Source: Patescibacteria group bacterium (GTDB lineage: Bacteria > Patescibacteriota > JAHJAL01). Taken from it: a stretch of 64,000 nt of DNA. Location of the stretch: the NCBI GenBank assembly GCA_049322675.1, contig JBMORM010000009.1:158132-222131 (forward strand), given 5' to 3'. Made by a program: the position numbers and the translations under genes. This document shows, in pieces, positions 48,018 through 62,600 of the stretch. How positions within the stretch are numbered: position 1 is the first letter of the stretch; the number at the start of each line of letters is the position of its first letter. The notes beneath the pieces were generated by a model, which ran no database searches, was not told the DNA's origin, and saw only the letters and a list, made by a program, of their open reading frames with translations.

Positions 48018-49097
48018 ATGATTGATTTAAATGACGTAAGTGAGATTGAAAAAAGTGACCCGGACGGATATTTGAAAATATTGGCAGAGACACCGAATTT
48101 GTGTCGCCAGGTATTGACGGAATTTGACCAAGTTAATCTCGCCAAGAAAAGATTTGAGAAAGTAGCGATTTGTGCAATGGGCGGCTCGGCGATTGGAGCT
48201 GATTTGGCTCGTTATTTGTTGGAATTTAAAACCAATTTGAACATTCAAGTTTTGAGAGATTACAATTTGCCAAACTGGGTTGACAACAAAACTCTTGTAA
48301 TAACTATTAGCTATTCCGGAAATACGGAAGAAACTTTGACTGCTTTTTCTTTGGCTAAAAAACGAAATTGTTTGATATACGTTATTGCTTCAGGTGGAAA
48401 GTTGATTGAGCAGGCAAAAAATAATCTGATTGATTATTTTTTGCTGCCAACTGGTCTTCCGCCCAGAACAGCTTGGGGTTTGTCATTTATTTTGGTCAAT
48501 GAATTGATACGCAAATACGGCGCTCTCCAAAAAAATGATCTTGATAGCAAGGTCATGATTGACGAAATGGAAAAATCGATTGACGCCTATCGTCACGCTT
48601 TGCCAATTGAGAAAAATCCGGCGAAGTCGATTGCTTTATCTCTGGTAAAATCCACTCCAATTATTTTTGGAGCGGAGCATTTGGGAGTGGTGGCAAGAAG
48701 ATGGAAGGGACAATTTAATGAGAATGCCAAGTTGCCTTCTTTTTATGAAGATTTGCCTGAATTGAACCACAATAGTCAGCAAGGATTGGAATGCAGCGAC
48801 GAAATCAAGAAAAGTTTATCATACTTGGTATTGGATTCCGCTAACTATCATCCCCGCAACCAGTTGCGAGCCAAGGTAGTATTTGAATCATGGCAGAAAA
48901 ACGGTTTTGATGCGACTTTGGTACAGGTGGGTGGCGAGAATGCTTTTGAAGAGATGATCAGATGTATTATTTTGGGAGATTTTGTTAGCGTATATTTGGC
49001 TTTGATGTTGGGAAAAAATCCGGTCAAATACGAAGCGATCGAAGAGTTGAAATCATATTTGAAAACCGAAGAATATACGGATGAATTGTTGGGATAA
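48018..49097 (+). CDS. Bifunctional phosphoglucose/phosphomannose isomerase
   Basis: AMGGSAIG, SYSGNTEET, PPR, RWKGQFNENAK, PELNHN. Confidence 0.93.
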   Translation: MIDLNDVSEIEKSDPDGYLKILAETPNLCRQVLTEFDQVNLAKKRFEKVAICAMGGSAIGADLARYLLEFKTNLNIQVLRDYNLPNWVDNKTLVITISYSGNTEETLTAFSLAKKRNCLIYVIASGGKLIEQAKNNLIDYFLLPTGLPPRTAWGLSFILVNELIRKYGALQKNDLDSKVMIDEMEKSIDAYRHALPIEKNPAKSIALSLVKSTPIIFGAEHLGVVARRWKGQFNENAKLPSFYEDLPELNHNSQQGLECSDEIKKSLSYLVLDSANYHPRNQLRAKVVFESWQKNGFDATLVQVGGENAFEEMIRCIILGDFVSVYLALMLGKNPVKYEAIEELKSYLKTEEYTDELLG

Positions 49098-49179
49098 TAT
49101 TATTTGATACTAGATACTAGGTACTAGGTTTTAGGTTAGAGAGAGAAAAAGAGATTTATTTCATTATTATTATTTCGAT

Positions 49180-50460
49180 ATGACAAAAATTAAGACGATT
49201 AGAGCTCGGCAGATATTGGATAGTCGCGGTAATCCGACTGTTGAAGCAGACGTGGTTTTGGAGAACGATATTTGGGGAAGAGCGGCAGTGCCAAGTGGAG
49301 CATCAACCGGTGAACACGAGGCGATTGAGTTGCGAGACAAAGATAAAGCTTACGGCGGCAAGGGAGTTTTACAAGCGTGCAACAACGTGATGGATAAAAT
49401 CGCGCCGATTTTGGATGGAGTGGAAATATCTGAACAAGAAACTATTGATAGAAAAATGTTGGAATTGGATGGAACACCCAACAAATCAAATTTGGGAGCA
49501 AATGCAATATTGGCGGTATCGTTGGCTTGCGCACGGGCAGCAGCTGAGGATAGCAAAATGCCGTTGTTTAAATATTTGGCCAGTTGTTACGGTTTTGACT
49601 CTAGTAAATTTATTATGCCGGTGCCAATGATGAATGTAATAAATGGCGGTAAGCATGCTGAAAATTCAACAGATATTCAAGAGTATATGATTGTTCCTTA
49701 TGGAGCGAAAAATGTAAACGAAGCAATAAAAATGGGAGCGGAGGTTTTTGCTGAACTAAAATCATTGATGTCGAAGAATCATTTTCCAACGACGGTGGGA
49801 GATGAAGGCGGTTTCGCGCCAAGTTTAAAATCCAATCAACAAGCTTTGGATATTTTGATATCGGCTATTGAGAAAGCGGGTTACAGTCCGGCCAATCAAA
49901 TTGGCCTGGCACTGGATGTGGCGGCAAGTGAATTTTTTCACGGTGGGATCTATGACATGGTTAGGGAAGGAAAAACACTTTCCACGGCTGAGATGATTGA
50001 TGAGTACAAAGTATGGATTGACGAATATCCGATTGTATCGATAGAAGATGGATTGAATCAAAATGATTGGGAAAATTGGCCAAAGATGCAAGCAGAGATT
50101 GGCAATCGTGTAATGAATGTGGGGGATGATTTTTTGGTAACCAATGTTGACCGTTTGCAAAAAGCAATTGAAACAAAGGCGGCTAATGCGATATTGGTTA
50201 AACTGAACCAAATCGGCAGTTTAACAGAAACTGTGGCTGCGATCAAAATGGCTCAAAAAGCCGGATGGAAAGCGATAGTGTCCCATCGTAGCGGCGAAAC
50301 TTGTGACAGTTTTATCGCTGACTTGGTGGTTGCGACCGGTTGTGGTTTTATCAAAACCGGCTCCATGTCACGCAGCGAAAGAACGGAAAAATATAACCAG
50401 TTGATACGAATTGAAGAGTCTCTTGACAATATGTCCGTTTTCAGTGGTAATTTGAAATAA
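49180..50460 (+). CDS. eno: Enolase
   Basis: ILDSRGNPTVE, VPSGASTG, GDEGGFAP, DVAASE, SHRSGET. Confidence 0.99.
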   Translation: MTKIKTIRARQILDSRGNPTVEADVVLENDIWGRAAVPSGASTGEHEAIELRDKDKAYGGKGVLQACNNVMDKIAPILDGVEISEQETIDRKMLELDGTPNKSNLGANAILAVSLACARAAAEDSKMPLFKYLASCYGFDSSKFIMPVPMMNVINGGKHAENSTDIQEYMIVPYGAKNVNEAIKMGAEVFAELKSLMSKNHFPTTVGDEGGFAPSLKSNQQALDILISAIEKAGYSPANQIGLALDVAASEFFHGGIYDMVREGKTLSTAEMIDEYKVWIDEYPIVSIEDGLNQNDWENWPKMQAEIGNRVMNVGDDFLVTNVDRLQKAIETKAANAILVKLNQIGSLTETVAAIKMAQKAGWKAIVSHRSGETCDSFIADLVVATGCGFIKTGSMSRSERTEKYNQLIRIEESLDNMSVFSGNLK

Positions 50461-50492
50461 CTTTTTTGAATAAAAAGTAAAAATTTTTTAAT

Positions 50493-50527
50493 AAAAACAA
50501 TCAATCGTTTGTATTGATTGTTTTTTT
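50493..50527 (+). terminator. Intrinsic terminator after eno
   Basis: aaaaacaatcaat/attgattgttttt. Confidence 0.65.
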
Positions 50528-50678
50528 GTTGTCTTTGAAAACCCTTTGTTGTCGCGATGTTTCCCAATAATAATATTTTTATCATATATATCTTGAAATA
50601 TATGGGGGTTTGTGCTACAATATACGGATTTGTAAAAATAAAAAAACGAGAACAAAAGAAAAAAGAAAAATAAAAACT

Positions 50679-53600
50679 ATGCAAAAATTTCTTAAAAAAG
50701 GAATTGCGATCATAACTTTTGTTAGTTTGGTAATACAGACTTGTGGTGGCGCCAATGCTTTGGAGCTTAAAATACTTGATCCGAAAATTGAAGGCAGTTT
50801 TCCAGATTGGGGGAACTTGGGAGAGGTTACCGATCTAAATAAAACTTATAGCGATTTGGTAACCGATAGGATTAGAGCGGTAAAGGAACAAAATGATATT
50901 GGCATAAACGAAGATATCTCGGAGAAAGAAAAAGATGATATTATAGCGAATGTTGGTAAAACCTCGGAGGAAACATTGTCCGTTCCGATTGAAGAGGTTG
51001 ATACAAAATGGAAAAAGCGGATGATGTTGGATGGACTGCAAAATGTAGATGAAAAAATAATTGAAGGTTTAAAAAAGTCACAGATAATTGATACGTTTAT
51101 TGACAGCGAGAACAATCAAGAGACGATTGCCAATCCAACCTTGGAAGACCAGGGAGAGAATCTGACAACCAAAGCAACGGCAGCAGAAATAGTATTGGGC
51201 AAAGACGCAGAACTGGAAAAGAAAATTTCTTTTTCGGGGGTCGTCAATGGAGAAGAAAAATTATATGAGGTCGGCTATCGCCCACTTTCGGCCGATCAAG
51301 TCGAAGCAAATGTGATAGAAAATAAAGCGATCTATGAAAATATTTGGAAAGGTGCGGATGTGGTTTTGACCGCAGAGTCAGACGGTTTTAAAGAAGATAT
51401 TATTTTAAAAGAAAGAAACCAGGTAAAAAATATTGATAGCAGCGGATACCAAGGAGATGGCCACTGGATTTTTTACTATGATTTGAATTTACAAGGTTTG
51501 ACAGCCAAGCTAGACAACAATCAGGTGATTTACCTTGATGAAAATAATCAAGAAATGGCTCGCGTAACCGCACCAATCGTGATAGACAACGTGGGAGAAG
51601 TTTCCAGTCGAGCATATTGGGATTTGATTTCCAAAGAAACCTGGGAAAACGGATATCAAATCGACAAAGAAAAATTTGGACAGGAAGAAATCTTGGAAGA
51701 AGATCTAACTAAAGGGGCGGAGTCGGAAAATAATTTACAAGAAAATGATTTGACCAGCCTTCCTGATTTTGGCGATAGTGATTTGAGTACTGCAGCGGAA
51801 GTTCAGTCAAATAGTGTTTGGCAAGATACCTGGCAGAGTGTCGGAAAATGGTGGAAATCAATTTTCAGTATTTTTGGGGCGGGTAAAGCCCAACAACAAG
51901 GAGAAGAGGAAAATGATTTAAGCGAAACCTCTCAACTTGATCAAACCACGGCAGTTACTCCAGTGGAACAAATCGGTCTGACCAACCAAAATCAAGAAGT
52001 AACAGAAAATTCTTTGACGGAAAAGGACATTTTGGTTTTGGTGGTTGATACCAATAATCTAACTTATCCAATCGATGTTGATCCTACCACTTATATTTTG
52101 ACTCAAAGTGATTTTTATAATACCGCTAACGGTAAATTGAGCAGTAATAATGTGAATGATGTCAAAGTTTACGACACAACCAAAGAGCCAACTAGTAATT
52201 ATAGTTACAATAAGGAAATAAAATCAACGTTGGCTTTTAATAATACCGTAGGAGAATTTGATCTGTCCGCGGTAAATAAAATTGCATACTGGAACCTGGA
52301 TGAGAATAGCGGGTCAATCGCTGAAGATGATGTTACGCCTGCAGCTAACGCATCATTGGTCAATAATCCCGGTTGGACAACGGGGAAAATCGGCCGGGCT
52401 TTGGATTTTGATGGAAACGAAGATTATTTACAAATAAACGATGACAATAAATTGAGCTTTGGTGGAAATAATGCTCTGTCCGTCTGGATCAATCCCGAAA
52501 ATTTGAGTCTGGAGCAAGGAATTTTGGGAAAAGGAACTTCCGGAAATTGGGAATATTATCTGGGAACGACAGTAAATGGAGGTTTGCAATATACTGCCTG
52601 GCAGTTGAATGGTAATGAATATTTTGCCCTGACTGCTCCAAGTAAAACTTTGAAAGCCAATGAATGGTCTCAGATAGTAATTACCAACAATGACGGCAAT
52701 GAGGCTCAGTTGTGGGTAAATGGAAAGTTGATCAAGAAAACAACATCGTATTCCGGAAGCACGGGAAATGGAACGTCTGATTTGAATATTGGAAGAGCGA
52801 ATAATAATGGAGAAATAAATTATTTTACTGGTAAGATAGACAATATTGGTTTGTTTGCTGAAAATTTGAACGAAGGACAAATCAAGGCACTATACAATAA
52901 CGGTTTAAGTAAAATCGTTGGATTGTGGTCGTTGAACGGAGTAGTAAGCGATTATTCCGGACAGAACAATGAATTGAGTAATGGCGGAGCGGTTTTTGAT
53001 GATAACGGACATAATTATCAGGCAATGAATTTTGATGGAGCCGATTGGTTGAATGCCGGAAATAGTAAAAGTTTGTCGTCTGCCTCCGGCTTTTCACTAG
53101 AAACCTGGGTTAAAATACCTGTCAATGGCGTAAATCAAAAATTAATTGAAAAAAATAATGAATATAGTTTAAACATCTGTCCGGACGGACGACCGGTGTT
53201 GATGATAAATACAAATTATGGTTGGAGCAGTACGGCCGGCACCGGAAATAGCTGTATTGATTCAACCGCACCGATTGTCACTGATGATGTCTGGCATAAT
53301 TTGCTTGGTACCTATGATGGAAAAATATTGCGTTTGTATGTTGATGGAAAGCAAACAGCCTATTATTACGCGCCTGGTTCTATCGTCGCAACCACTAATA
53401 ATCTTTTGATAGGACAAAATACGACCGGATCAATTGACGAAGTGGCGGCATACGCCAGACCTTTGTCCTCCGATGAAGCTGAACTGCATTTTGGCTTGGG
53501 ATATCAGTCGAGCGTTTCCACTATTATTAATTTGGACAATGAAATCGGCTACGCAGAATATAGTCAATTGGCTTTAGACAACTTGCAAGTAGAACAAACC

Positions 53601-56600
53601 GGTGTTTTGCAAATAAAAGGAATTGGAAGCAATGGCGAAGCGATAAGTGAAAAAATAAAGTTGAGAAATGGCAACTTGCAGCGCGTTTTGTCAGCCAAGA
53701 GATATAAAGCCATCACGGAATTATCCGCATTGAACGAGGATGGTAACACATCGGAAAAATCTTTGAAAATTTCTTCCGGAAAATTGTTGGCTTTTTCACC
53801 GTTTCATGACGCCAATTGGCGTTACGGTATAACCAAAGTCAATGATTATGTAACCGGTTTGTGGAACTTTGATGAAGGAGAAGGAAATATAGCCGAAGAC
53901 AATAGCGGCAGTAATAATACTGCTTATTTGGCCGGGGGGCAAAGTAATAATAATTGGCTTTATGAAAGAAATATTGATATTTCACCCGCAACTACGATCG
54001 ATGATTATCAATTGAAAGTAGAATTTAATCCAAATAATTTTGACTATATTAAAGCTCAGGATGACGGCGGCGATATCAGATTTTTCAATAACAATGGAGT
54101 GGAATTGTCGTACTGGATTGAAAACTGGAATACTAGTGGAATATCAAATGTTTGGGTGAAAATCCCCAATAGTGGCACTTCATCAATTTCGATGAAATAT
54201 GGGAATCAATCCGCTACCAACAAGAGCAATGGAGAAAATGTATTTGACTTTTTTGATGATTTTTCTGGAAATACTATTAATAATGACAAATGGGTCAACT
54301 ATGATAACGCCGGATATTTATCTCAAGATGGAAAATTGATAACTACGGGCGGGTCCGGCGCCTGGGGTAGTAATGGCTTGATCAGTAAAACAACTTTCCT
54401 TAGAAATAATAATTACGAATTGAATCTGGATTATAAACCAATCAGTGGAAATGATGTAATGTTTGGTTGGCACGATTCGGGAACAGGAACAAGCTATACA
54501 GATTTGGTGTATGCATATTACAGCAATAGTGCCAATGTTTTGATATATGAGGATGGCAATAACCGCGGCACCATGTCTGGTTCCTGGGTGAATAATACCG
54601 AATATAAAATAAAAGTCCCGGTGAAGACAAGCGGAGGAGCAACTTACAAAAGGAGTGTCATTCGAGGAGAAATTTACGAAACAAATTATGACTCAACGTA
54701 TTCTACAGAGAGCCCATTGAAGATAGGTATTGCCAATTATAATAAAGCTTTTGAAATTGATAATTTGTATGTGCGCAGATATGCCGCTACCGAATCGACT
54801 GGTACTTTGGGCGGTTTGATTTTGTCATCGGAAAGTTTGTCCGGCCAACCAAATTGGATGGATAGCAATTGGGCTTATCGCACGATGCTTCGGGTTGATA
54901 GCACGAATAACAATGAAGATTTGACTGATTTCCAAATACCGGTCAATATCGATAGCAAATTATTGATCGAAGCGACTAAAATGCAGGCTGATGGCGACGA
55001 TATTCGTTTTACCGATAGTGACGGGACTACTGGATTGAATTATTGGGTGGAAAGCGGAGTTGACACCAACTCGACTAAGCTGTGGGTAAAATTGCCGACA
55101 CTCCAAGCTAAGTCAAATAAGGCGATATATATTTATTATGGAAATGCTGCTGCAACTGCAAATAGTAGTTTTGACAATGTTTTTACAAAAAATTATAACG
55201 AATCAGGTATTACCGGACTTTGGCACATGGATGATGGTAGCGGGACAACATTGACTGATAGTTCTGGGCAAGGAAATAACGGCACTTTGGTTAACAGCCC
55301 AACTTGGCAAGCGACAGATGGCGGCCAATGGGGAAATCAAAGCGGGGTAACTTTTGGCACCGGTTCACATCTTTTGTTTAACGGGACCAATAATGTTGTT
55401 CAGATCAATGATAATTCGACTTTAAAGCCGAGCAATGCAATAACTTTGAGTGCGTGGTTTAACACAAATAATAAAACATTATTACAAAGAATTGTTTCCA
55501 AAACGGAAAGCGGAAGTTATCAGTTGAGTCTCAATGACACTTCCTGCCCTTCTAGCACATTATGCTTTCTTGTCAACGTAGCCGGCACATACAAATATGC
55601 TTCCATTCCTACGTCATATATTAATAACAATCAGTGGTATTTTGTTAGTGGCACTTATGATGGCAGTTTGGTTAAATTGTATCTAAATGGTTCGTTGGTG
55701 TCAGAAAATGCCGCCACTGGTACTATGACGCACTCTATAACCCCCTTGTGTATTGGCGGCGAATCGCAAGCGGGAAATTGTCTGGGTGGTGGATATTTCA
55801 ATGGATATATTGATGAGGTTCGAATATACGAGAGAGCTTTGTCAGCATTGGATATAAAATCATATTTTGAGAGAAGAAAATCTACATTTATCGCACCAAA
55901 TGTCAGTATAGATAATGTTACGCCAACATCATCTTTGCCAAATTGGGATGAAAACGGAAAATTTGGTAAGGCAATAAGTTTTGATGGGCAGGATGATTTT
56001 GTACAGATTCCTAGTGACGATAGCATAAGTCCAACCAAACAAATGACGGTGGGAGCTTGGATCAAGCCAATGGCGTTGAATGGATGGCTTTATACCAAAG
56101 CGATAAGCATGTATCCGCCGACTGCATACGATGATTATCAAGTCAAAGTTACTTTAAATAGCGGTAACTTTGATTATGGTAAAGCCAAACCCGATGCAAG
56201 TGATTTACGCTTCTCTGATAGTCGAGGCAACCAGTTGAAATATTGGATAGAAAAATGGGATCAACAAGGAACATCCTTGGTTTGGATTAAGGTCGCCAAG
56301 ACGGGAACAAACAAAATATTTATGTATTATGGAAATTCTGATGCCACCGCAGAAACTAGTTTTGATGGTGTTTTCACAAAAAATTTCAACGAAAATAATA
56401 TCGTCGGGTTGTGGCATATGGACGAAGGTAGTGGCGGAACGACAGCTGATATTTCGGGCTTTAACCACACGGCAACATTGAACAACACTCCAACCTGGCA
56501 AGGAACGGATGGCGGTCAATGGGGCGGACGAGCCGATGTAAAATTTGCTTCAGGTTCGCATCTGAATTTTAATGGCAGTAATCAATACTTATCGGTGCCG

Positions 56601-59600
56601 GATAGCGATGATTGGGATTTTGGCACCGGTGATTTTACAATTGATTTTTGGATAAATATCCCAAGTAATGCCACTTCGCAAACAATTATTGGAAATAGAC
56701 ATACCGCCGGGGCAAATAGTGTTTGGAATATTGAGTTTTATTCCACCGCCAATAGAATTGAATGGCATACACAATCAACGGTGGTTGGCAATAGTTCGGC
56801 AACTCTTTTGACAAACAAGTGGAATCACGTAGTTTTTACTCGCTCGTCAGGTAGTAGCAAATTTTATATTAATGGCACCAATACTAACACATTTAGTAAT
56901 ACATACAATTACAATAGTGGACAGACATTATATATTGGCAAAGATGGCAGTAATAGTACCGGACAATTGAATGGTTATCTGGATGAAGTTAGAGTAATCA
57001 AAGGACGAGCACTTTCAGCTCAAGAAATATTAACACAATACGAACGAAGATTATTTTTTAGCAATGAACCAACAACCAGTGTGGCGGTGGAAAACACTCC
57101 CCCACCCTCAACCAATCTTTACTCGCGAACAATCGATATTGATCCGGCGACTACAAAAGAAAATTATGTTGCTAAATTGGAATTAACACCAAGCAATTAT
57201 GATTATGCCAAATCACGGCCGGATGGTGGAGATTTGCGATTTGTCGATGACCAGAGAAATAATTTGAATTATTATATTCAAAATTGGAATAGTGGCGGCA
57301 CTTCAACTATCTTTATCAAAATACCAAATACGGGAACAAGCGCGATCAAGATGTATTATGGCGACAAATCATTGATCAACCTCAGTAACTGTGCCAATAC
57401 CATGACTTTGTGCGACGATTTTGGCGATGGCCAGTTTGACAATGACAAATGGTCTAAAGTCAGATTGGATGACCCAGACTGGAACGAAGGAGTCACAGAA
57501 ACTGGTTGGTTTATGTTGAAAGCATTAAACGGTAAAAACTTGGGGGACGGTAATAATACCGCACCAATGATCCTTTCCAATGATTTGGGAAATATTGATT
57601 ATGAATTGACTGCTCGTCTGAAATTTAATCCTGCTCCGTTTGAAAACGAACAACAGGCCGGGTTAATTATTTACGAGGATGAAAATAATTACTTGCTGGC
57701 AGATATTGGCAATATTGACGGTGGAAAAGCAAAATTGGCGGTAGAAGATGATGCTTCAATGGTCGCGTTTGGTGATAATTGGACAATACCAGCGGTTAGT
57801 GATTTGAAAATTGTGAAAACCGGAAATAATTATAAGTTTTATTACAAAGACGCAAATTCCAGTTCATGGATTGAACATAGTAGCGAAATTGCGGCGGAGA
57901 TGAATAAACAACAAATCGGTTTTACTGCCTTGGCAACTGCGGGATCGACGATCAGTTCATATTTTGACCATATCGAAATTAAAGAAATTTCGACCGAATC
58001 CAATTTGTCTTTGGAAACGGAACAATCATGGACGTACAAAAGAAGTGTTGGTTTTAATCCGTCCGTACCGGACGATGACTGGCAGGTGCGAGTAGATTTA
58101 ACTTCGTCAAATTTTGATTATGGTCATGCCAAATCCGACGGTAGCGATCTACGTTTCTTTACTCTCGATGGAGAAAAGTTGGATTATTGGATAGAGAAAT
58201 TTAATGACAGCGGAAATTCTGTGGTTTGGGTAAAAGTGCCGGAAGCGGGCACTAATGAAATATTAATGTATTACGGAAACAATAACGCAGTGACTGAAAG
58301 TAACGGGGAAAGAATTTTTGAATTTTTTGACGATTTCAACAATGGAGTTATCGATAGTAGTAAATGGGCAAACACAACAGGATTTACTGAATCGGGTGGA
58401 TATTTATCGGGCGGAAATACAACGAATAGAATTAATACTGTCGCCCGTTTTTCCGGTGACAAAATATTGGAAACAAAACATTTTGTTTCTACTGAAGCCA
58501 CAAATGGTCACATGGCCGCCGGTTGGTTTAATTCAACAACCGACAGTTTTGGCTTAAGGTTGAATCCGTCTAATACCTGGTACATACGATCTGATGGAAA
58601 TTGGAGCGGTTCAAATAGTTTCACCTTTATGAATCAATGGATAAAGGCGATCGTCAGTGCCACTGGTAGTACTTCCAAGATAAGATTATATCGTGAATCA
58701 GATGGTGTATATAGTAACGAAATATCATATTCAAATAGCGGACTATCAAATGAGCCGATAACTTTGGGAAAACAATATGATAACGCGAATGCAGGACAAA
58801 CTTACGTAGCAAATTGGGATTGGATTTTTGTGCGAAAAAAATATACGAGCAACGCCGAACCAACATCAACTTTGAGCGAAGAAGAACGATGGTTGTTTAG
58901 AAAAAATATTACTTTGACACCAGCCACGCCTCTGGCGGATTACCAAGTAAAAATTGAATTGAATAGCGGTAATTTTGATTATGGCAGTACGCGCGAGGAC
59001 GGCGGAGACATTCGATTTTTTGACAGCAATGGCTCAGCCTTGAGTTATTGGGTGGAAAGATGGGATAAAAACGGGACATCAGTAATATGGGTAAAAGTTC
59101 CCACGATCGGCACCAGTACAATTCAAATTGTGTACGGCAATCAAACCGCAGAGAGTCAGAGCAATGGTGAAAATACATTTGATTTCTTTGATGATTTTGA
59201 CGATCATTCTTTGGATGCGGACAAATGGAGTTGGACCAGAGAATCGGCCGGGGATTGGAATGAGGGTTATGACCGGCCGGATCAATTGTCAATGACTGCT
59301 TTGAATGGAAAAAATCTGTGGGGGACTGATGACAGCGCTCCGATATTACTGGAAAATAATACCAACTTCCCGATCGCTGCGGATTTTGAATTGATGGTAT
59401 CGACCGAGACGGATTTGACACAAAATTATGAACAAGCTGGTTTGATAGTATATGAAAGTGATTTGACCCACGTTCAAGCAATGCGGGGGTACAATGATGG
59501 GGCAAAAGTAACCTTCAAATACGAAGCGGATAACAGCGTAGTAGCGGCCGTGGACGAGAATCAGACGAGCAATTATACCGATTTGAAATTGAGAAAGTCA

Positions 59601-62600
59601 GGCAATGACTATACGATGTATTACAAAAATATTGAAAATGCTGGTTGGACACAACATGGCACAAATATTTCGGCCGTTATAAATAATCTCAAATTCGGTT
59701 TGACTTCATATGCGGATAGCGGCGCCAATGCCAATTCTTTTTACGACAACGTCCGTTTGCGAAAGTATTCAACCAATGATCCTGTCGCTACGGTGGGAAC
59801 ACAACAAGAAGCAAGCGCGGTAGTAACAAATAACATGATCAACAAAGGCACGCAATTTTCACTTGGTGCCACCGATGAGAAAGTATATGCGACAATGGGC
59901 AGTCAAACTATTGAAGGCGTGATTGATACCGATTGGAACCATGTGGCTTTGACTTATGACGGCGAAACACAAAAGTTGTTTGTAAATGGACAATTGAAAC
60001 AATCTTTGGAATACGATTTGCCGACTTGGCCTTTGGATGATTCGGATTTAATAATCGGTGATCAATATTATGGCGCAATTGATGATTTATTGATATCAAA
60101 AAGAGCGATGTCGGAAACCGAGATAAAAGACTGGTACGAAAGCGGCGTTGCTTACGAAAAAAAGCAGCCCACCGAGAATCAATTATTGGGAGAAAGCGAA
60201 ATAGATACAATTACTTCAGGATTAATTGGCCGGTGGAATATGAATGAGACGATGGGTATTGGCGTAAATGATAGTTCTGGTCACAATCATCATGGTTCAG
60301 CCATCAATGCCAAGATAGTAGAAGGTAGAGAAGGTAAAGCCAGAAATTTTGTGGCAGACAATGATTACGTCTCTATACCTGACAGCACTGAATTCAATTT
60401 GTCGGGCGACTACAGCATGTCGGCCTGGATCAATCCGGATAATATTGCCATGGACGATCGCGGAATCATGGGTACATACAACGGAAGTAGCAATGGCTTT
60501 ATTTTTTCTTTGGGATCATCAACTTCCGGTAATCCTACTTTGAATTTCTGGTCCAACGGGACCTGGAATAATGGTCCGGCAATAACCATGGATGGCACCT
60601 GGAAACATGTAGTGTTCACCAAACAAAATAATGTTGGTACTTTTTATCTGGATAGTGAGGCAAAGGCGGTGGTGACCGCATATCAGATCAATGACGGCGG
60701 TTCTATGCAGATTGGGGCTGGTGGAACAAGCTGGGCTTCCAACCGATTTGACGGACGGATCGATGATACCAGAATTTACAACCGGGCTTTGACCCCAACT
60801 GAAGTATATAAATTGGCTCATGAGTTTGATCCGCGTTGGACCAGCGAACAAATAGCCAGCCAAGCTAGTATGATCCAAGTAAGCGGTAATCAGGAAAATC
60901 CTCAGCATGAAGTGGCTATAAAAATAATTACTCCCGGTCCGGCGGGGATCGCAACTTACAAGACTTCGATTGACGGCGGAATGACTTGGTCGGAAGCTAC
61001 TTATACTACGTCAATTGGAACTTCGACCGTCAGAAGAGATTATACAAATACCGGCGTTGATATTGATTGGAATTTTGGAACGGACTTTGGCTCCGGCGAT
61101 GTGTTTGATATTGCTTCCTGGTACACCGAACCAAGATCAGCCTCAAGAGGCATATCTCGAACTTTTCCGGAAGTAGCCAATATAGTGGCTACAGACAAGT
61201 CGATAGAAATATTAGACAAAGCCGACAATAGTTTGTGGATGAGATTTACAAATTCTGCTGATAGTGGCTATTTGGGTGGTTCGACGACAAATATTGGAGC
61301 AGTAGATATGACGTATGGACATTTGGTAGCCGGAAGTAATACCGCCAGCAACTCGATCGGCCTGCTCGATATTGATTTTTCCAATGAAAAAGCCAGATAT
61401 TATCGAAATAATTCTTTGCCGGAAATACTGACCGGGAATATCATGAATCGAAATTTTGGCAATGAATTGATGGACGACAATAATTTGATTTTAAATAATA
61501 CCATCGTCAATGACGTGGCGGCAAAGATGATAAACAATGATATCTTGATAGCGGCGGCAACTGAGGGCGGTTTGAATGTAATTAATAAAAATATCGGTCA
61601 AATAATCTACGGCGCCAATGGCGCAAATAGCCTCAAAAAAGTAGCTTTGAGCAACAATGCCAATGCGGTTATCAATCAAACTGGCGACGCAAATATCGCT
61701 TTGTCCTTGGACAATATTTCCAATTACCACAATGATTTTGACTTGGAGAATCGAAACGAAGCGTATTTGGGAACCACCGCTTCCGGCTGGCAGAGTGATT
61801 ATCAACTGACAAACGATGCCGATACCGGTACGGTGAATGATTTGGCGATCAATGACAACAATTGGTTGGCTGACGAGGCCTCACCACAAATATTGATCGG
61901 AACCAATACCGGAGCGAGTTTGATCGATACTATGTCGAATAATGATGGCGATGATACGGAAAACAAAAGACATGATGGTTTCATCAAACATCTTAATAAT
62001 CAGTACATAACTGAGGGAATGAATGGAAATGGCTTGATCAAGGGTATGTGGTTGGAAGGAGATCAGACCGAAACAGTAGTGAGCGATCGCAGCGGACAGG
62101 CAAATGATTTGACGGTACACGGATTTTTGGGCAATGGCACTTTGACCAACAATGATTGGACAAATGGCGTACGGGGCAAGTCATTGAATTTTGACGGAAA
62201 CAATGATTACTTGGCCATCAACGATAATATTGATTTTGATTTTACCAATAATGATACTGTGAGCTTCGGCGCCTGGGTGAGACCAAAAGCGGCGGCCGAG
62301 AAATATATATTTGCGCAATCCGATGGGAGTGCTACTGACACCAGTTTTGGCTTGAAAACCAAAAATTCGGGAACGGGAATAAATTTCCAAGGCAATATCG
62401 GCTTTGGCAGCGATTTGTCCGAGGTTGATTCCAAGGAATATCCGCTTGATGTCTGGCATTATGTGGTTGGGGTGATGGACGGAAAAAACCAAACTTTGAG
62501 TATATATATCGACGGTCAGTTGGAAGAAGACGTTACTACGCCGGCCGGAATAAATAATCCAAGTAATCCTGTTACAATCGGCTGGGCGGAGGGAGCAAGC

